From NCBI GenBank assembly GCA_039189765.1, contig JBCCYL010000004.1, positions 17,348 to 81,347 of the forward strand: a stretch of 64,000 nt of DNA, given 5' to 3'. A model generated the notes under the pieces. The model searched no databases. It was not told the DNA's origin and saw only the letters and a program-made list of their open reading frames with translations. How positions within the stretch are numbered: the first letter of the stretch is position 1; the number at the start of each line of letters is the position of its first letter. The DNA is from Cyanobacteria bacterium P01_F01_bin.150. Lineage in GTDB: Bacteria; Cyanobacteriota; Cyanobacteriia; CAKZMO01. The position numbers were made by a program, and so were the translations under genes. Below, one piece after another: positions 16,965 through 28,284 of the stretch.

Positions 16965-18080
16965 TTGACCCAATCATCGAACCAAAGAATTGCCATTTCT
17001 TTAACAACCTTAATATTGATTCCACTTGTCGTTTTACTGCTAGTGGTGCTGTGGCAACTGCGCAGTCTTATTGTGCTTTTAATGATATCGGTTGTCCTTG
17101 CTGCGGCGATCGCTCCCATTGTCGAATGGGCCGAAAAATGGCGAATTCCACGATGGCTTAGCGTGATTATCATATACCTGAGCATTATTGGTGGCGTGAT
17201 TGGGATAGCTGTACTGATTGGTCCTACAGTGTTTGAACAATTGCAGCTATTGTTCCGTCAGATTCCCCTTGCGCTAAAAACATTAGTGACCGCCATTGAA
17301 GAGTGGATGGTGATGCAAAACGATGACCAGTCAGATCTCATTAACCAGGCGTTTAATCAATTTCTGGATGTTCAGGGATTAGTGAGCTGGGGAATTCGCT
17401 CAACTCAAAAGGTTGTGGTTCAGTCCGTTGGGGTGACAACCGATATTGTTGGAGGCGTCCTCAGCCTAATCTTGGCGCTATTTATATCGGGCTACATGCT
17501 GTCTGACAGTCGGACCCTGATTCGCAGTCTAACCTGTCTGTTTCCACAGCCTTGGGACGATCGGCTAATGGCTCAGGTCACGCCCATCAGCAATCGCATC
17601 GGTAGCTATGTTCGAGGCCGCATTTTAGTTTCGGCTATCCTAAGTATGGCAATTGCCACCAGCCTTAGCATTCTTGGCCTTTCGGATTTTGCTTTGGGAC
17701 TGGGTGCGATCGCTGGAGTAACGAATCTTATTCCGTTTATTGGTCCGTTTTTAGGAGCCATCCCTGCCCTGGTGGTCGCTCTATCTCAAGGCTGGTGGAT
17801 GGTGCTATGGGTTTTGCTGTTGTTTATTGTTGTTCAGAACATCGAGACCTATATCTTAGATCCGCTACTTGTTGGATCGTCCGTGGGAGTCCATCCCCTT
17901 TATCAGCTATTGGCAGTAATCGGAGGGACTCAGCTCTTGGGGATACTTGGAGCAGTCATTGTTCCCCCTTGGATTGCAGGAGCTGCGGTCCTGTTGGATA
18001 ATCTCTATCTACAGCCCAAACTAATTGCGGATAAACGATTAGTCCTAAAGAATCTTGAACCATTTCCGCCCATACAGTAG
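16965..18080 (+). CDS. AI-2E family transporter (PerM/UPF0118)
   Basis: 8 predicted TM segments; conserved FIPFIGPFLGAIPALVVAL motif. Confidence 0.75.
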   Translation: MTQSSNQRIAISLTTLILIPLVVLLLVVLWQLRSLIVLLMISVVLAAAIAPIVEWAEKWRIPRWLSVIIIYLSIIGGVIGIAVLIGPTVFEQLQLLFRQIPLALKTLVTAIEEWMVMQNDDQSDLINQAFNQFLDVQGLVSWGIRSTQKVVVQSVGVTTDIVGGVLSLILALFISGYMLSDSRTLIRSLTCLFPQPWDDRLMAQVTPISNRIGSYVRGRILVSAILSMAIATSLSILGLSDFALGLGAIAGVTNLIPFIGPFLGAIPALVVALSQGWWMVLWVLLLFIVVQNIETYILDPLLVGSSVGVHPLYQLLAVIGGTQLLGILGAVIVPPWIAGAAVLLDNLYLQPKLIADKRLVLKNLEPFPPIQ

Positions 18081-18094
18081 TAATAGTGCAGTAG

Positions 18095-18409
18095 CTAAAT
18101 GCGCCCCATCATCATGGTTAAGAGGCCCTGCTGACCCAGTAGTAGCTCTCGCAGTAGAGTAACAATGCCGACGCATAGGATGGGCGTAATATCAATCCCC
18201 CCCATGGAAGGCACCACTTTACGCAGCGGCATCAAAAAAGGTTCCGTTGGCCATGCCACCAAGTTAAATGGCAATTTATTTAAGTCCACTTGAGGATACC
18301 AAGTCAACACAATTCTTAAAATAAAGAGCAGAGTCATTAACGCTAGGAATAATCCAATGCTCCAAGAGGCAGCAGTATAGATCGACATGGCATTCTTAAT
18401 TAACAGCAT
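18095..18409 (-). CDS. YggT family membrane protein (Ycf19-like)
   Basis: ILRIVLTWYPQVDLNKLPF motif typical of YggT. Confidence 0.7.
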   Translation of the reverse strand: MLLIKNAMSIYTAASWSIGLFLALMTLLFILRIVLTWYPQVDLNKLPFNLVAWPTEPFLMPLRKVVPSMGGIDITPILCVGIVTLLRELLLGQQGLLTMMMGRI

Positions 18410-18832
18410 TTAAGTGCCTTTTATAATATCGTTTTGTTTTCGGGCTTCTCAAGGGTAAGGTGGAACGATAAGATATATTGATGAAGATTTAACATTGTCA
18501 ATCTTAGGGTTCAGATAGTTATGACGCCATCGTTAGCGAATTTTTTCTATAGCCTACTTGCAGGTGCACTTATTGTTGTAATTCCAGTTACCATCGCTCT
18601 AATCTTCATTAGCCAAGCTGATAAAATCCGTCGTTAGGCTTCTAGCTGCTAAAGATTTAATCTGCCCATGCAGTTCAGTAAACAGCATTTGTTTAGAGCC
18701 GCAATCTAAGCGTGCAGGGTATAGATAAAATATGATCTATGCCCTGTTTCTATTGGTGCAACGCCATCGAATTATCCTTAAGCAGGAATGTGACGCTACC
18801 ATAGTTAAGAGACAGCCAAAAGAGGATAAGAC

Positions 18833-19720
18833 ATGATTAATTTTGGGGGCGGAATTCCGTTTTTCCTGGGTATATTTTTGGTGTTGTGCGGTGTAGCGCT
18901 GTATGCACTGCGTTCATATCGTCCCCAGCTTGCTCGGGATCACGATATTTTCTTTGCTGCAATCTCTTCGATTAGCGGTTTTATCCTTATGTTTCAAGGA
19001 TGGCAGCTAAACCCTATTCTACAGTTGGGGCAGGTGGCAATCGCTGGCTCTGCTGTTTTCTTTGCCATCGAAAACATTCGGCTTCGTGGTATCACCACAG
19101 AGCAAGCCAAACGAAATACACCCATCGTCGATGATGATCGGCCTGTTAGCCGAGATTATGACTATGAAGACGATTATGGAGCAAGGGATTCCCGTTCCCG
19201 AGGGGACTATGCTGAGTTTTATTCACGGGATGATCGAGATCGGTCCCGTCGAATCGCATCTGGACGTTCTAGGCGGATAGAACGGGATGAGTGGAGAGGC
19301 GATTATGAGGACGCGCCTCGCCGCATGGCTCCCCGTCGTGATTGGCGTGAAGATGAACGAAGATATGATTATGAAGATCGGCCCCGTAGACGGTTGCCAC
19401 GTTCCCCCCGTCGGGAGTCGGAGCCTGCTATTGTTGATGCAACTTGGGACGAAGCACCTCGTTCCCCCAACGGTCCACGGCAGGATTCATATCGAGCCAT
19501 TCCGCCTAGTCGAGAGTCTGGCCCAAATCTTAGAAGAGCAGATGGTTACGGCGATCGCTATCCTAGCCAAAATTCCGCTTCGTCATCTCCTACCAACAAG
19601 TCCTATGACGATGAACCGCCAGTCATTAATGTGAGCTACGCTAATTATCGGCCCACTGATTCCAATTCGGATGCGGACGATGGCGAAGAAGATAACAGCG
19701 GCTACCAAGATTTCTACTAA
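18833..19720 (+). CDS. Ycf66-like N-terminal membrane domain fused to RD/DY-rich low-complexity tail
   Basis: N-terminal about 90 aa with two TMs (FFLGIFLVLCGVALYALRS...) then Arg-Asp repeats. Confidence 0.55.
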   Translation: MINFGGGIPFFLGIFLVLCGVALYALRSYRPQLARDHDIFFAAISSISGFILMFQGWQLNPILQLGQVAIAGSAVFFAIENIRLRGITTEQAKRNTPIVDDDRPVSRDYDYEDDYGARDSRSRGDYAEFYSRDDRDRSRRIASGRSRRIERDEWRGDYEDAPRRMAPRRDWREDERRYDYEDRPRRRLPRSPRRESEPAIVDATWDEAPRSPNGPRQDSYRAIPPSRESGPNLRRADGYGDRYPSQNSASSSPTNKSYDDEPPVINVSYANYRPTDSNSDADDGEEDNSGYQDFY

Positions 19721-19738
19721 CGTCATTTATTGCAACCT

Positions 19739-20092
19739 ATGCCTTTAATTCGAGTTCAAGCCTCCTCATCTGCGGTTGAGAAAGAAGATATTACGACATT
19801 ACTACAGTCTTTATCGTCAACCTTAGCTCAACAACTGGGAAAGCCGGAATCCTATGTCATGACCTCGTTCCAATCCGACGTGGCGATGACGTTTGCAGGA
19901 ACACCAGATCCATCATGCTTAATCGAGATTAAGAGCGTTGGCACCATGGGAGGCAGCAAAACAAAAGCAATGAGCCAGACGTTTTGCCAAATGGTTGAAG
20001 AGTCCTTGGGCATTCCTAAAAATAGGACCTATATTGATTTTGTTGATTCGCCAGGGGCGATGTGGGGCTGGAATGGGGCAACCTTTGGCTAA
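19739..20092 (+). CDS. Tautomerase/MIF-like small protein (start at Met-Pro)
   Basis: MPLIRVQA N-terminus with Pro1 after Met; size about 117 aa; weak. Confidence 0.35.
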   Translation: MPLIRVQASSSAVEKEDITTLLQSLSSTLAQQLGKPESYVMTSFQSDVAMTFAGTPDPSCLIEIKSVGTMGGSKTKAMSQTFCQMVEESLGIPKNRTYIDFVDSPGAMWGWNGATFG

Positions 20093-20192
20093 GGCGGGCC
20101 ATTAGGCGCAACAAAATTAGCAGCAGTTTGAACACGAGACTTCAACACTGCCCGTCTAAAGTTAATACCCGCTGAGGCAGACATAACAGACG

Positions 20193-20861
20193 ATGAAAGA
20201 GGCCATTCTTTTTGACTTAGACGGTACGTTAACAAATACGGATACCGTCCATTATGAGACGTGGCAGGATCTTTTGCGGGACTACAGTCTTGAGATTGAT
20301 CCGATCTACTACGATAAGCATTTTAGCGGTCGGATGAATAAAGATATTCTCCGAGACATATTGCCTCAATTATCTGAGGCGGAGGCGGTTGCATTGGGCG
20401 ATCGCAAAGAAGCTGAATTTCGCCGACGGGCCGAAACCTCCCTTGTTCCTCTCGCTGGCCTGCTCTTCTTACTTGATTGGTGCGATCGCAACCACATCGG
20501 GAAAGCCGTCGTGACCAACGCTCCCGTGGCAAATGCAGAGTTTATGCTGCGGGTCCTGAAGCTTCACGATCGCTTTCCAATATTGATTATTGGGGAACAG
20601 GTAGAGTTTGGCAAGCCGCACCCCATGCCCTATCAAGTGGGATTAGAAAAATTAGGGGTAGATGCTTCAAGGGCGATCGCGTTTGAAGATTCACCTACAG
20701 GTATCAAATCCTCCGTAGGAGCAGGGTTGTATACGGTTGGACTTGATTCAACCCATCCAGCTCAAAAGCTCTATGCGATGGGAGCAAGCATGGTCGTTTC
20801 CGACTTTACCGATGCTGAGCTGATGAGCTTTCTGCAAACAGAATTCGGCCATCAACTTTAA
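20193..20861 (+). CDS. HAD-superfamily hydrolase (beta-phosphoglucomutase-like, subfamily IA)
   Basis: Motif I FDLDGTL, motif III K, motif IV EDSPTG. Confidence 0.8.
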   Translation: MKEAILFDLDGTLTNTDTVHYETWQDLLRDYSLEIDPIYYDKHFSGRMNKDILRDILPQLSEAEAVALGDRKEAEFRRRAETSLVPLAGLLFLLDWCDRNHIGKAVVTNAPVANAEFMLRVLKLHDRFPILIIGEQVEFGKPHPMPYQVGLEKLGVDASRAIAFEDSPTGIKSSVGAGLYTVGLDSTHPAQKLYAMGASMVVSDFTDAELMSFLQTEFGHQL

Positions 20862-20949
20862 CGGTAGTGTAGGCACTCCGCGCCACACTACCGTTTTTGG
20901 GTTCGTCTTAAAACGAAACCTTGCTATTCAATATTTTGGGAAGGTTAGT

Positions 20950-22359
20950 CTAAGCGTTAGCAACAGTTGGGCGATCGCTCTGCATTCGCTCATCTTCCAT
21001 ATCTTTTTGAACCTGTTCCGATAATGAAGGAATGCCATCATCCCCTGTAATTAATCTCACTCCACGCTTGCGAGTGAAATAATTCCAAGCCCATTGAGTC
21101 ATGACTAATAGCTTATTATCGAACTCAATTAAGTAATAGATATGGATAAAAATCCAGATAAACCATGCGGGAAAGCCAGAGAACTTGGCAAATCCTAAGT
21201 TTGCAACAGCCGCGTTGCGACCAATCACTGCCATGCTGCCATAGTCCTTAAACCGAAAAGGCACAACAGTTTGGCTTCTCAATCGCTTATTAATAACGCC
21301 ACCAATATACTCACCCTGCTGCATCGCCACAGATGCAGTTCCAGGTAAGGGGCTATCATCTTGGTGAGCGTAGTGCGCCAAATCGCCAAGGACATAGATG
21401 TTTGAATATCCTGGAACACTCATATCTTCCTCTACCATGACTCGACCAGCCCTATCAAGCTCTGCACCAGTCTTATCAGCAATGACCTTGCCCAATGGAG
21501 ACGCCTGCATACCCGCAGCCCACAGCACGGTACCAGAAAGGATTTGCTCCATCTGATCACCAGACTTGAGGGTTACAACATCACCATCAATGCCCGTGAC
21601 CAATGTTTTAGTCCGCACTGTAACCCCTAATTTCTCAAGAGAGTCTTGGGCCTTCACAGATAGTTCCGAAGGATAAGGCGGCAGCACCCGCTCCATGCCT
21701 TCGAGCAGTAAAACTGCTGTTTGGGTTGTATCAATATTGCGAAAATCTTCTTTCAAAGTGCCATAGGCCAACTCTGCCAAGGCACCCGCTAACTCCACTC
21801 CAGTTGGCCCACCGCCGACGACAACAAACGTTTGAAGCGCTTTGCGGCGAGCTGGATCAGATTCCTTCTCTGCGGCTTCAAACGCCAGAAAAATCCGACG
21901 CCGAACTTCAAGCGCATCCTCGATCGTCTTGATTCCGGGCGCAATATCAGCCCACTCATCCTTGCCAAAATAGTGATGTTTCACCCCTGTGGCAATAATA
22001 AGGCTGTCGTAGTCAACAACTTCACCGTTTTTAAGGGCAACCTGCTGATTGTCAGGATCGAAAGCAATAACTTCACCCATAAGAACCTGAACATTCTTTT
22101 GGCCCCTTAGAACAGCCCTTAAGGGAGAGGAAATATCTCCAGCGGAGAGACCGCCTGTCGCTACCTGATAAAGCAAAGGCTGAAAAAGATGAAAGTTTCG
22201 CTTATCAATTAATGTGACCTTAATATTGTCATACCCAAGAGACTTTGCTGCATAGAGACCACCAAAGCCGCCACCAACGATGACAACATGGTGAGCTTGC
22301 TTCGCTTTTTCATTCTGACCGTTAGATGATGATTGCTTTGGCGATAAGACAGCTGTCAT
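20950..22359 (-). CDS. Type II NADH dehydrogenase (NDH-2)
   Basis: Two GxGxxG dinucleotide folds (VVIVGGGFGGLYAA; VVVGGGPTGVELAG). Confidence 0.85.
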   Translation of the reverse strand: MTAVLSPKQSSSNGQNEKAKQAHHVVIVGGGFGGLYAAKSLGYDNIKVTLIDKRNFHLFQPLLYQVATGGLSAGDISSPLRAVLRGQKNVQVLMGEVIAFDPDNQQVALKNGEVVDYDSLIIATGVKHHYFGKDEWADIAPGIKTIEDALEVRRRIFLAFEAAEKESDPARRKALQTFVVVGGGPTGVELAGALAELAYGTLKEDFRNIDTTQTAVLLLEGMERVLPPYPSELSVKAQDSLEKLGVTVRTKTLVTGIDGDVVTLKSGDQMEQILSGTVLWAAGMQASPLGKVIADKTGAELDRAGRVMVEEDMSVPGYSNIYVLGDLAHYAHQDDSPLPGTASVAMQQGEYIGGVINKRLRSQTVVPFRFKDYGSMAVIGRNAAVANLGFAKFSGFPAWFIWIFIHIYYLIEFDNKLLVMTQWAWNYFTRKRGVRLITGDDGIPSLSEQVQKDMEDERMQSDRPTVANA

Positions 22360-22931
22360 AAGTCTTAATTTATATTTATAAGAATTACAATTTATACTAT
22401 TTGATAATGCAAAAATACACTACCCTAATCTGGGGTCTTCACAGAACTTTTTTGCCCAAGTGTCTTCTTTGTACTGTGGTTTCACATAGACAGCTTGTTT
22501 AACATCTTTCACTCTATAGATGTACGGCTTTACCCACAATCGCCCATAAACCGTAAACTATTCTAGTTTTTTCCGGATTCGTCATTTATTGTTTTTGCAA
22601 ACAACCTGTAAGCATAGGTGGGGCTATCCATGTGCCATTTGAGCCACTATTGTCATGGTTTGCAGAAATTAGAGACGCTCATCATTCCTATTTGACAATC
22701 CATCCCCATTTAGATCTTCAGAAGCAACATTTCCAAATCAGTGATTCCGCCCCAAAGCTGAAGTGCCTCCGATTTGGGGGAATACACAGCATATACCCTA
22801 CCACAAGCTAATTCCTTTAAATCGGTTGAGATGTATTTTAGGTGAACTTACGATAAGCCGATATGAAGGAAATGTAGAGTCTAGTATGCAATCCTGACTT
22901 GTTTTGTCCACAAGCGTAAAACACCTTAATT

Positions 22932-23498
22932 GTGAATGTGATTTGGTCTTTTATTCTATCCCTTGTGGATATTGTGGTGATGAATCAGAGTATTGCTCCG
23001 CACATCGTTTTTCTAAGTTGGCTGTTTAAAGGAAAAGCCAATACGGTGGAACGCGGATTCACCCTAATTGAGTTACTGGTCGTAATTGTTATTGGCGGGA
23101 TTTTATCGGCGATCGCCTTACCTACATTTTTAAGTCAGGCCAATAAAGCCAAAGAATCTGAAGCGCGAGTATATGTCGGTAGCGTCAACAGAGCCCAACA
23201 GACCTACTTTATGGAACAAACGGCATTTTCAAACGATATTGACAAGTTAGGTTTGGGAATATCAAAGACAACAGAAAACTATACCTATGCAACTGTATTA
23301 GATACGGATAGTGGCGATGACGTTGCCTACACCACAGCGACGCAGCAACCGACCACCAAACAGGCACTGCGGGCCTTTTCTGGTCAAGCCTGGAATGGAG
23401 TCAGTGGCAGTGGCCTTCTGTCTTTTGCCATTGTCTGTGAGAGCAAACCTGGTGGGAGTCCACCAACCATCGCAAGTCATCAGTGCCCTAGCCCCTAA
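22932..23498 (+). CDS. Type IV pilin-like protein (prepilin with N-methylation motif)
   Basis: G/FTLIELLVVIVIGGILSAIALP class III signal peptide. Confidence 0.7.
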   Translation: MNVIWSFILSLVDIVVMNQSIAPHIVFLSWLFKGKANTVERGFTLIELLVVIVIGGILSAIALPTFLSQANKAKESEARVYVGSVNRAQQTYFMEQTAFSNDIDKLGLGISKTTENYTYATVLDTDSGDDVAYTTATQQPTTKQALRAFSGQAWNGVSGSGLLSFAIVCESKPGGSPPTIASHQCPSP

Positions 23499-23571
23499 AG
23501 AACTCAAAATATAGGCGAAAAGGGGATCAACTTTAAGCGGGTAGTGGGGGCGATCCGCACCCACACTACAG

Positions 23572-25926
23572 CTATCCTTTAGCTACCGACTCAAGGGCTT
23601 GTTCCATCAAAATAATTTGGGAGCTTTGAATTTCCTCCCCTTCAGCAGGCTGGCGCTGTTGATATTGGCCATCCGCTTGCAGTTCCCAAGCCTGGCGGTT
23701 ATCCTTAAGCATCAGGTCCATCACTTCGTATAACTTCTGAGCGATCGCCGTTTCTTCAATCGGAGTTACGGCTTCAACCCGTCGATCCAAGTTACGGGGC
23801 ATCCAGTCCGCACTGCCAATAAAGCATTCAGGCTGATCATTATTTTGGAACCAAAAAATCCGAGAGTGCTCTAAATAGCGCCCAATAATACTGACCACAC
23901 GAATATTTTCACTGACATTGGGTAGACCAGGTCGCAAGCAACAAATCCCTCGGATAATCAAATCAATTTGGACCCCTGCTTGAGATGCTTCGTAAAGCTT
24001 GGCAATCAATTTTTGATCGACAAGAGAGTTCATCTTGGCGACAATCCGGCCCGGCTGGCCTGCTTTTGTCGCATCAATTTCCCTCTGAATTAAACGATTC
24101 ATACGATGCCGTAGGCTAACTGGAGCAACCAAAAGCCTGCGATATTCTCGCTGTTTGGAATACCCAGTCAAAGTATTAAACAGATCCGTTAGATCTGCAC
24201 CCAGTTCTTTGCGACAGCTTAATAGAGCAACATCAGTGTAAAGTTTTGCTGTTTTGGGATTATAGTTTCCAGTGCCAATATGGACATAGCGACGGATGCC
24301 ATCCTCTTCCCGACGAACGACTAGAACAACCTTTGTGTGGGTTTTTAGACCCACTAATCCGTAAACCACATGAACCCCAGCCTTTTCTAATTTTCTAGCC
24401 CAAATAATATTATTTTCTTCATCAAATCGGGCTTTCAATTCAACCAAGGCGACCACTTGTTTGCCATTTTCCGCTGCGGCAATCAGAGCTTTAATAATAG
24501 GAGAATCACCTGAGGTTCGATACAACGTCATTTTAATGGCCAGGACTTTGGAATCATGAGCCGCTTGGGTAATAAATCGCTGGACAGTGGCCGAAAACGA
24601 ATGATATGGATGATGCACCATCAAATCCCGCTGCCGAATAAGGGAGAATATATCCTCCCTCTCTTCCCCATCCCGTAAGGCACCTGGTAAGTCGCTGATA
24701 TCAAGCATTTGAAATCTGGGGGGAACAATGGGCGTCCAGGGAGTATCCTTTAGCTTTGCCAAGGGGATTCTTAAAAAAGACATCATGTCTTTGAGATTAA
24801 GCAGACCTGGTAGTTCGTAAACATCACTATTTCGGAGACCCAATTCTTTCATTAACGTTGAACGAACCAAGGCAGGGGCAGAAGTTTGAATTTCCATGCG
24901 AACAACAGAGCCTCCCAAGCGTCTTTTACGTAGCTCCTGCTCAATCGCCAACATCAGGTCATCGGCTTCATCTTCCTCCACTTCTAAATCGGAATTGCGA
25001 GTGATGCGAAAAACACAATATTCTAAAATTCTCATTCCAGGAAAGAGAAATTCTAAGTGGTGGGCAATTACTTCTTCTACCGGTACGCCCACCCATAGGG
25101 GATTAACCACATCATTACCGTCTTTAGAGACCAGATTAGACACTGGCTCAGAGACTGGCTCAGAGACCGGCTCAGAGACTGGCTCGGAGGGCTGTTCAAT
25201 CGATTGAATAGACTGAAGATGCTCTGGTAGCTGAATAAAACGAGGAGATGGAATTTTGACCCGCGCAAAACGTTCGATATCGTTCGCTGGGTCACGCATA
25301 ACCACTGCCAGATTAAAGCTGAGATTAGAAATGTAGGGGAAAGGATGACCTGGATCAACGGCCAAGGGGGTCAAGACAGGAAATACTTCATCTTCAAAAT
25401 ACGTCTGCAGATATTGCTTTTGTTCTGGCCTAAGATCCGCGTAGTTAAGAATATGAACACCATGCTTCTTGAGTTCTGCTCTCAACACATCTTCGCAGTG
25501 TTGGTGCTGATGAGTAACCATTGGACGCAGCTGTTTACTAATAGCGTCCAATTGGGCTTGGGGGGTGCGTCCGTCAGGTGTGAGTTTTGAGACAGCAGCC
25601 TCGACTTGCTGCTTAAGACCAGCAACGCGAACCATAAAGAATTCATCGAGATTGGAACTAAAAATCCCCATAAATTTGAGGCGTTCCAGCAAAGGGGTTC
25701 TAGAATCAATTGCTTCCGCTAACACTCGACGATTGAATTCCAGCCAACTTAACTCTCGATTGAAATAGTAATTGGACTGAAGTAGTTGCTCTGGGGGACT
25801 GGGGATGGCCTTATCGCTTAAATTAGATGTTTTTGGGGCTGCTCGTTTTGCTGTGCGCTTAGCTGGGTTAGATTTGGTTGAACGTCGAGGCATGGGACAA
25901 TCCGTAGTAACTAGCAACTCGGTCAT
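23572..25926 (-). CDS. ppk: Polyphosphate kinase 1
   Basis: Full-length PPK1 with conserved H-site and two PLD-like HKD regions; contains in-frame (SEPV)4 repeat. Confidence 0.9.
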   Translation of the reverse strand: MTELLVTTDCPMPRRSTKSNPAKRTAKRAAPKTSNLSDKAIPSPPEQLLQSNYYFNRELSWLEFNRRVLAEAIDSRTPLLERLKFMGIFSSNLDEFFMVRVAGLKQQVEAAVSKLTPDGRTPQAQLDAISKQLRPMVTHQHQHCEDVLRAELKKHGVHILNYADLRPEQKQYLQTYFEDEVFPVLTPLAVDPGHPFPYISNLSFNLAVVMRDPANDIERFARVKIPSPRFIQLPEHLQSIQSIEQPSEPVSEPVSEPVSEPVSNLVSKDGNDVVNPLWVGVPVEEVIAHHLEFLFPGMRILEYCVFRITRNSDLEVEEDEADDLMLAIEQELRKRRLGGSVVRMEIQTSAPALVRSTLMKELGLRNSDVYELPGLLNLKDMMSFLRIPLAKLKDTPWTPIVPPRFQMLDISDLPGALRDGEEREDIFSLIRQRDLMVHHPYHSFSATVQRFITQAAHDSKVLAIKMTLYRTSGDSPIIKALIAAAENGKQVVALVELKARFDEENNIIWARKLEKAGVHVVYGLVGLKTHTKVVLVVRREEDGIRRYVHIGTGNYNPKTAKLYTDVALLSCRKELGADLTDLFNTLTGYSKQREYRRLLVAPVSLRHRMNRLIQREIDATKAGQPGRIVAKMNSLVDQKLIAKLYEASQAGVQIDLIIRGICCLRPGLPNVSENIRVVSIIGRYLEHSRIFWFQNNDQPECFIGSADWMPRNLDRRVEAVTPIEETAIAQKLYEVMDLMLKDNRQAWELQADGQYQQRQPAEGEEIQSSQIILMEQALESVAKG
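25139..25189. repeat. 12-nt tandem repeat gagac(t/c)ggctca x4 inside ppk (encodes SEPV repeat)
   Basis: seen in sequence. Confidence 0.8.
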
Positions 25927-26014
25927 TTATGGCAGAGTGCAACGTCATTATAGAGGCAGTATTTCTTTTGCCCCACAATATGCCTCATACACACCACAGA
26001 ATTATCATAATTTT

Positions 26015-26095
26015 GGAGTTTCGTTTCAAGACGAAACAAAATTAACGATAGAGGGAGCGCGACGCGCTTCTACTCCCCGCCTAAAGTTGATACTC
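26015..26095. repeat. Dispersed composite palindromic repeat copy (gtttcgtttcaagacgaaac module + gcgcgacgcgc palindrome)
   Basis: family recurs at least 10 times in window. Confidence 0.6.
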
Positions 26096-26113
26096 TAATT
26101 TTGCAAGGCATCA

Positions 26114-26530
26114 ATGGCATTTTTATATCGACGAAAAATTTACTTTAAAGATACGGATGCCGCAGGGGTGGTTTACTTTGCCAATGTTTTGTCCATGTGT
26201 CATGAAGCATATGAGGCTTCTTTACAAGCATCAGGGATTAATTTGCGGACCTTTTTTGGCGATCGCCATCGAGCTATTCCGATTGTGCATGGAAGTGTAG
26301 ATTTTTTCCAGCCGATGTTTTGTGGCGAGACATACACTATCGATATGGTCCCCACATTGGTCAAGCCCAGCGAGTTTTCAATTACGTATCAGGTCTATTC
26401 TCACCTTGAACTAAACGAGCAAGCAAGTGCCAAAGCTTGTAGTCGCCACGTATGTATCGATCCTTCGACACGAAGGCGACTGCCGTTAGATAACGACATG
26501 ATGTCTTGGTTGACCCAATATAACTCATAG
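26114..26530 (+). CDS. 4HBT-fold acyl-CoA thioesterase (YbgC-like; possibly DHNA-CoA thioesterase)
   Basis: YFKDTDAAGVVYFANVLSMCHEA hotdog-fold N-terminus. Confidence 0.65.
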   Translation: MAFLYRRKIYFKDTDAAGVVYFANVLSMCHEAYEASLQASGINLRTFFGDRHRAIPIVHGSVDFFQPMFCGETYTIDMVPTLVKPSEFSITYQVYSHLELNEQASAKACSRHVCIDPSTRRRLPLDNDMMSWLTQYNS

Positions 26531-26565
26531 CCCACAGGGAATAGCCCACAGTCCACATTCATAGG

Positions 26566-26650
26566 CCAGGGTTCCAACGTAAGGCAAAACAATTTTGTGG
26601 GAAATGGGAACACGATGCGTCCCCATTTCCCACCTTAAGTGCCCACAGCT
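26566..26650. repeat. Dispersed palindromic repeat copy (gtgggaaatggg...ccccatttcccac + cttaag)
   Basis: related to copies at 38205..38365. Confidence 0.5.
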
Positions 26651-27002
26651 CACAGGGATAGAAAATACGGAAAAACCCTGGCACGATGGCCAGGGTTAGA
26701 ATGCTGTCAAGATACAAGGATTAAACAGACAAAGTAGACATAAGAAGGTCCGAAATAAGGTGGACCGATAAATATAAGTTGTTCCGTATAACGCTTAGCG
26801 ATGTGCTAACCATCAACCTATAAATAATCTACCGTTCCGCTAGTGAAGGGCGAATAAATTGGTCGTAAAGCTTTTGCAAAGAAACTTTTTAATAGCCAAA
26901 AGCATTGATGTGAGTGAGTTTAAGGGATCTGAGTTTTCACCGAGAGCGCCTTATTGCATCCCAGAATTTACGGACTGGAGCATTGTTTACACATCTTTAT
27001 CC

Positions 27003-27938
27003 TTAACTTGATAGTTCCGCGACAATCGTACGATAGGCATCATTATCCAAGCCTTTGCCCTGATCTGCAGTGGCTGGATCGATTTGCTCATTGAGATCTT
27101 CGATACGGCTACGGGTAGAGGGATGAGTACTCAAAAATTGAGGCGGAGCACCAGAACTTAATAGTTTTTCCATAAAGGCGGGCATGGCCGAGGGGGCATA
27201 GCCTGCTTTGGTGATGTTGTCGAGTCCGTATGTGTCGGCTTCCCTTTCATCGGAACGACTGTGGGGACGGGCAACACCAAGTTCCACCGCAATATTAACC
27301 AATACGCTATCTTCTACCCCTGCTGCCGACATGAGACCTTGAGCGATCGCAGCCTCTCTCAACTGCTTCACTGAATGGCGACCCACAACATGACCAATTT
27401 CATGACCAATGACGCTTGCTAATTGGGCTTCATTATCCGCTGCTTTCATCAGTCCAGTGGTTACATAAATATACCCACCCATCGCAGCAAAGGCATTAAT
27501 CGCATCGTCTTCAACCACCTGGAAGACATAGTCGATATTGGGACGCTGGCTGTGGGGCACTAGGCCATTTCCAATATCTTCCACATATTCAATAATCTCG
27601 TCATTATCGTCATACAGCGTAAATTGTCCACCGGGTCCAACCAACTCATCATTAATTTGAGACCCGAGAGACATTTCCTGACGGTCAGACATATTCGAAA
27701 GCTGAATAATTTGCGCCCCTCGAAACAACAGTTCAATCAAGGAAATCGCTGGGGTTGATTGGGCGGTGCCGACGACTAACCCCAAAGCCACTAAGCTTGA
27801 GATAAGGCCGTATACCCAACGGCGATGGCGCTGCCGAAAGAATGTAAAGAGCTGATTAACCATTGTTCTACTAATGAGTAAGCGTCTATAAATGACATTT
27901 GTTATTAGCCAAAAGTCTGATGGTATGGCAGTCGTCAC
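27003..27938 (-). CDS. M48-family zinc metallopeptidase
   Basis: HEIGHVVGRH zinc-binding motif; N-terminal signal/TM (true start may be the internal Met about 25 codons in). Confidence 0.75.
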   Translation of the reverse strand: MTTAIPSDFWLITNVIYRRLLISRTMVNQLFTFFRQRHRRWVYGLISSLVALGLVVGTAQSTPAISLIELLFRGAQIIQLSNMSDRQEMSLGSQINDELVGPGGQFTLYDDNDEIIEYVEDIGNGLVPHSQRPNIDYVFQVVEDDAINAFAAMGGYIYVTTGLMKAADNEAQLASVIGHEIGHVVGRHSVKQLREAAIAQGLMSAAGVEDSVLVNIAVELGVARPHSRSDEREADTYGLDNITKAGYAPSAMPAFMEKLLSSGAPPQFLSTHPSTRSRIEDLNEQIDPATADQGKGLDNDAYRTIVAELSS

Positions 27939-28284
27939 TTTAATGGAGACATTAGTGGTGATTGCTTCACTAAGCTAAGCAACCATAATAAATATTTATG
28001 TCTTAACCAGAGCGTCTACGACTTAAATGTGGGGGAGGTAGGCCCATTGTAAAACCTTCTTTGGAGGAGATGATCGGAGGGATAGCCAATGCAATGAGCT
28101 GGCACAGGGGTATAGATGGTATGTCTAATGTTGGCTGATTTATGCTGGTCTTAACCTATTCTTATTATTTTTCTGTAACTATCTAAACAGCTTGGGTTTC
28201 GCCCTAATACGAAATAAAAGCAACGGTAGTGGGGGCACAAAGCGCCTCCACTACCCAATATCAACTTGAAAGCTCAGATCCGAA

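Noticed and set aside
24896-25768. Several 60-100-aa ORFs on both strands within ppk
   Set aside because: Nested inside a well-supported 784-aa PPK1 gene.
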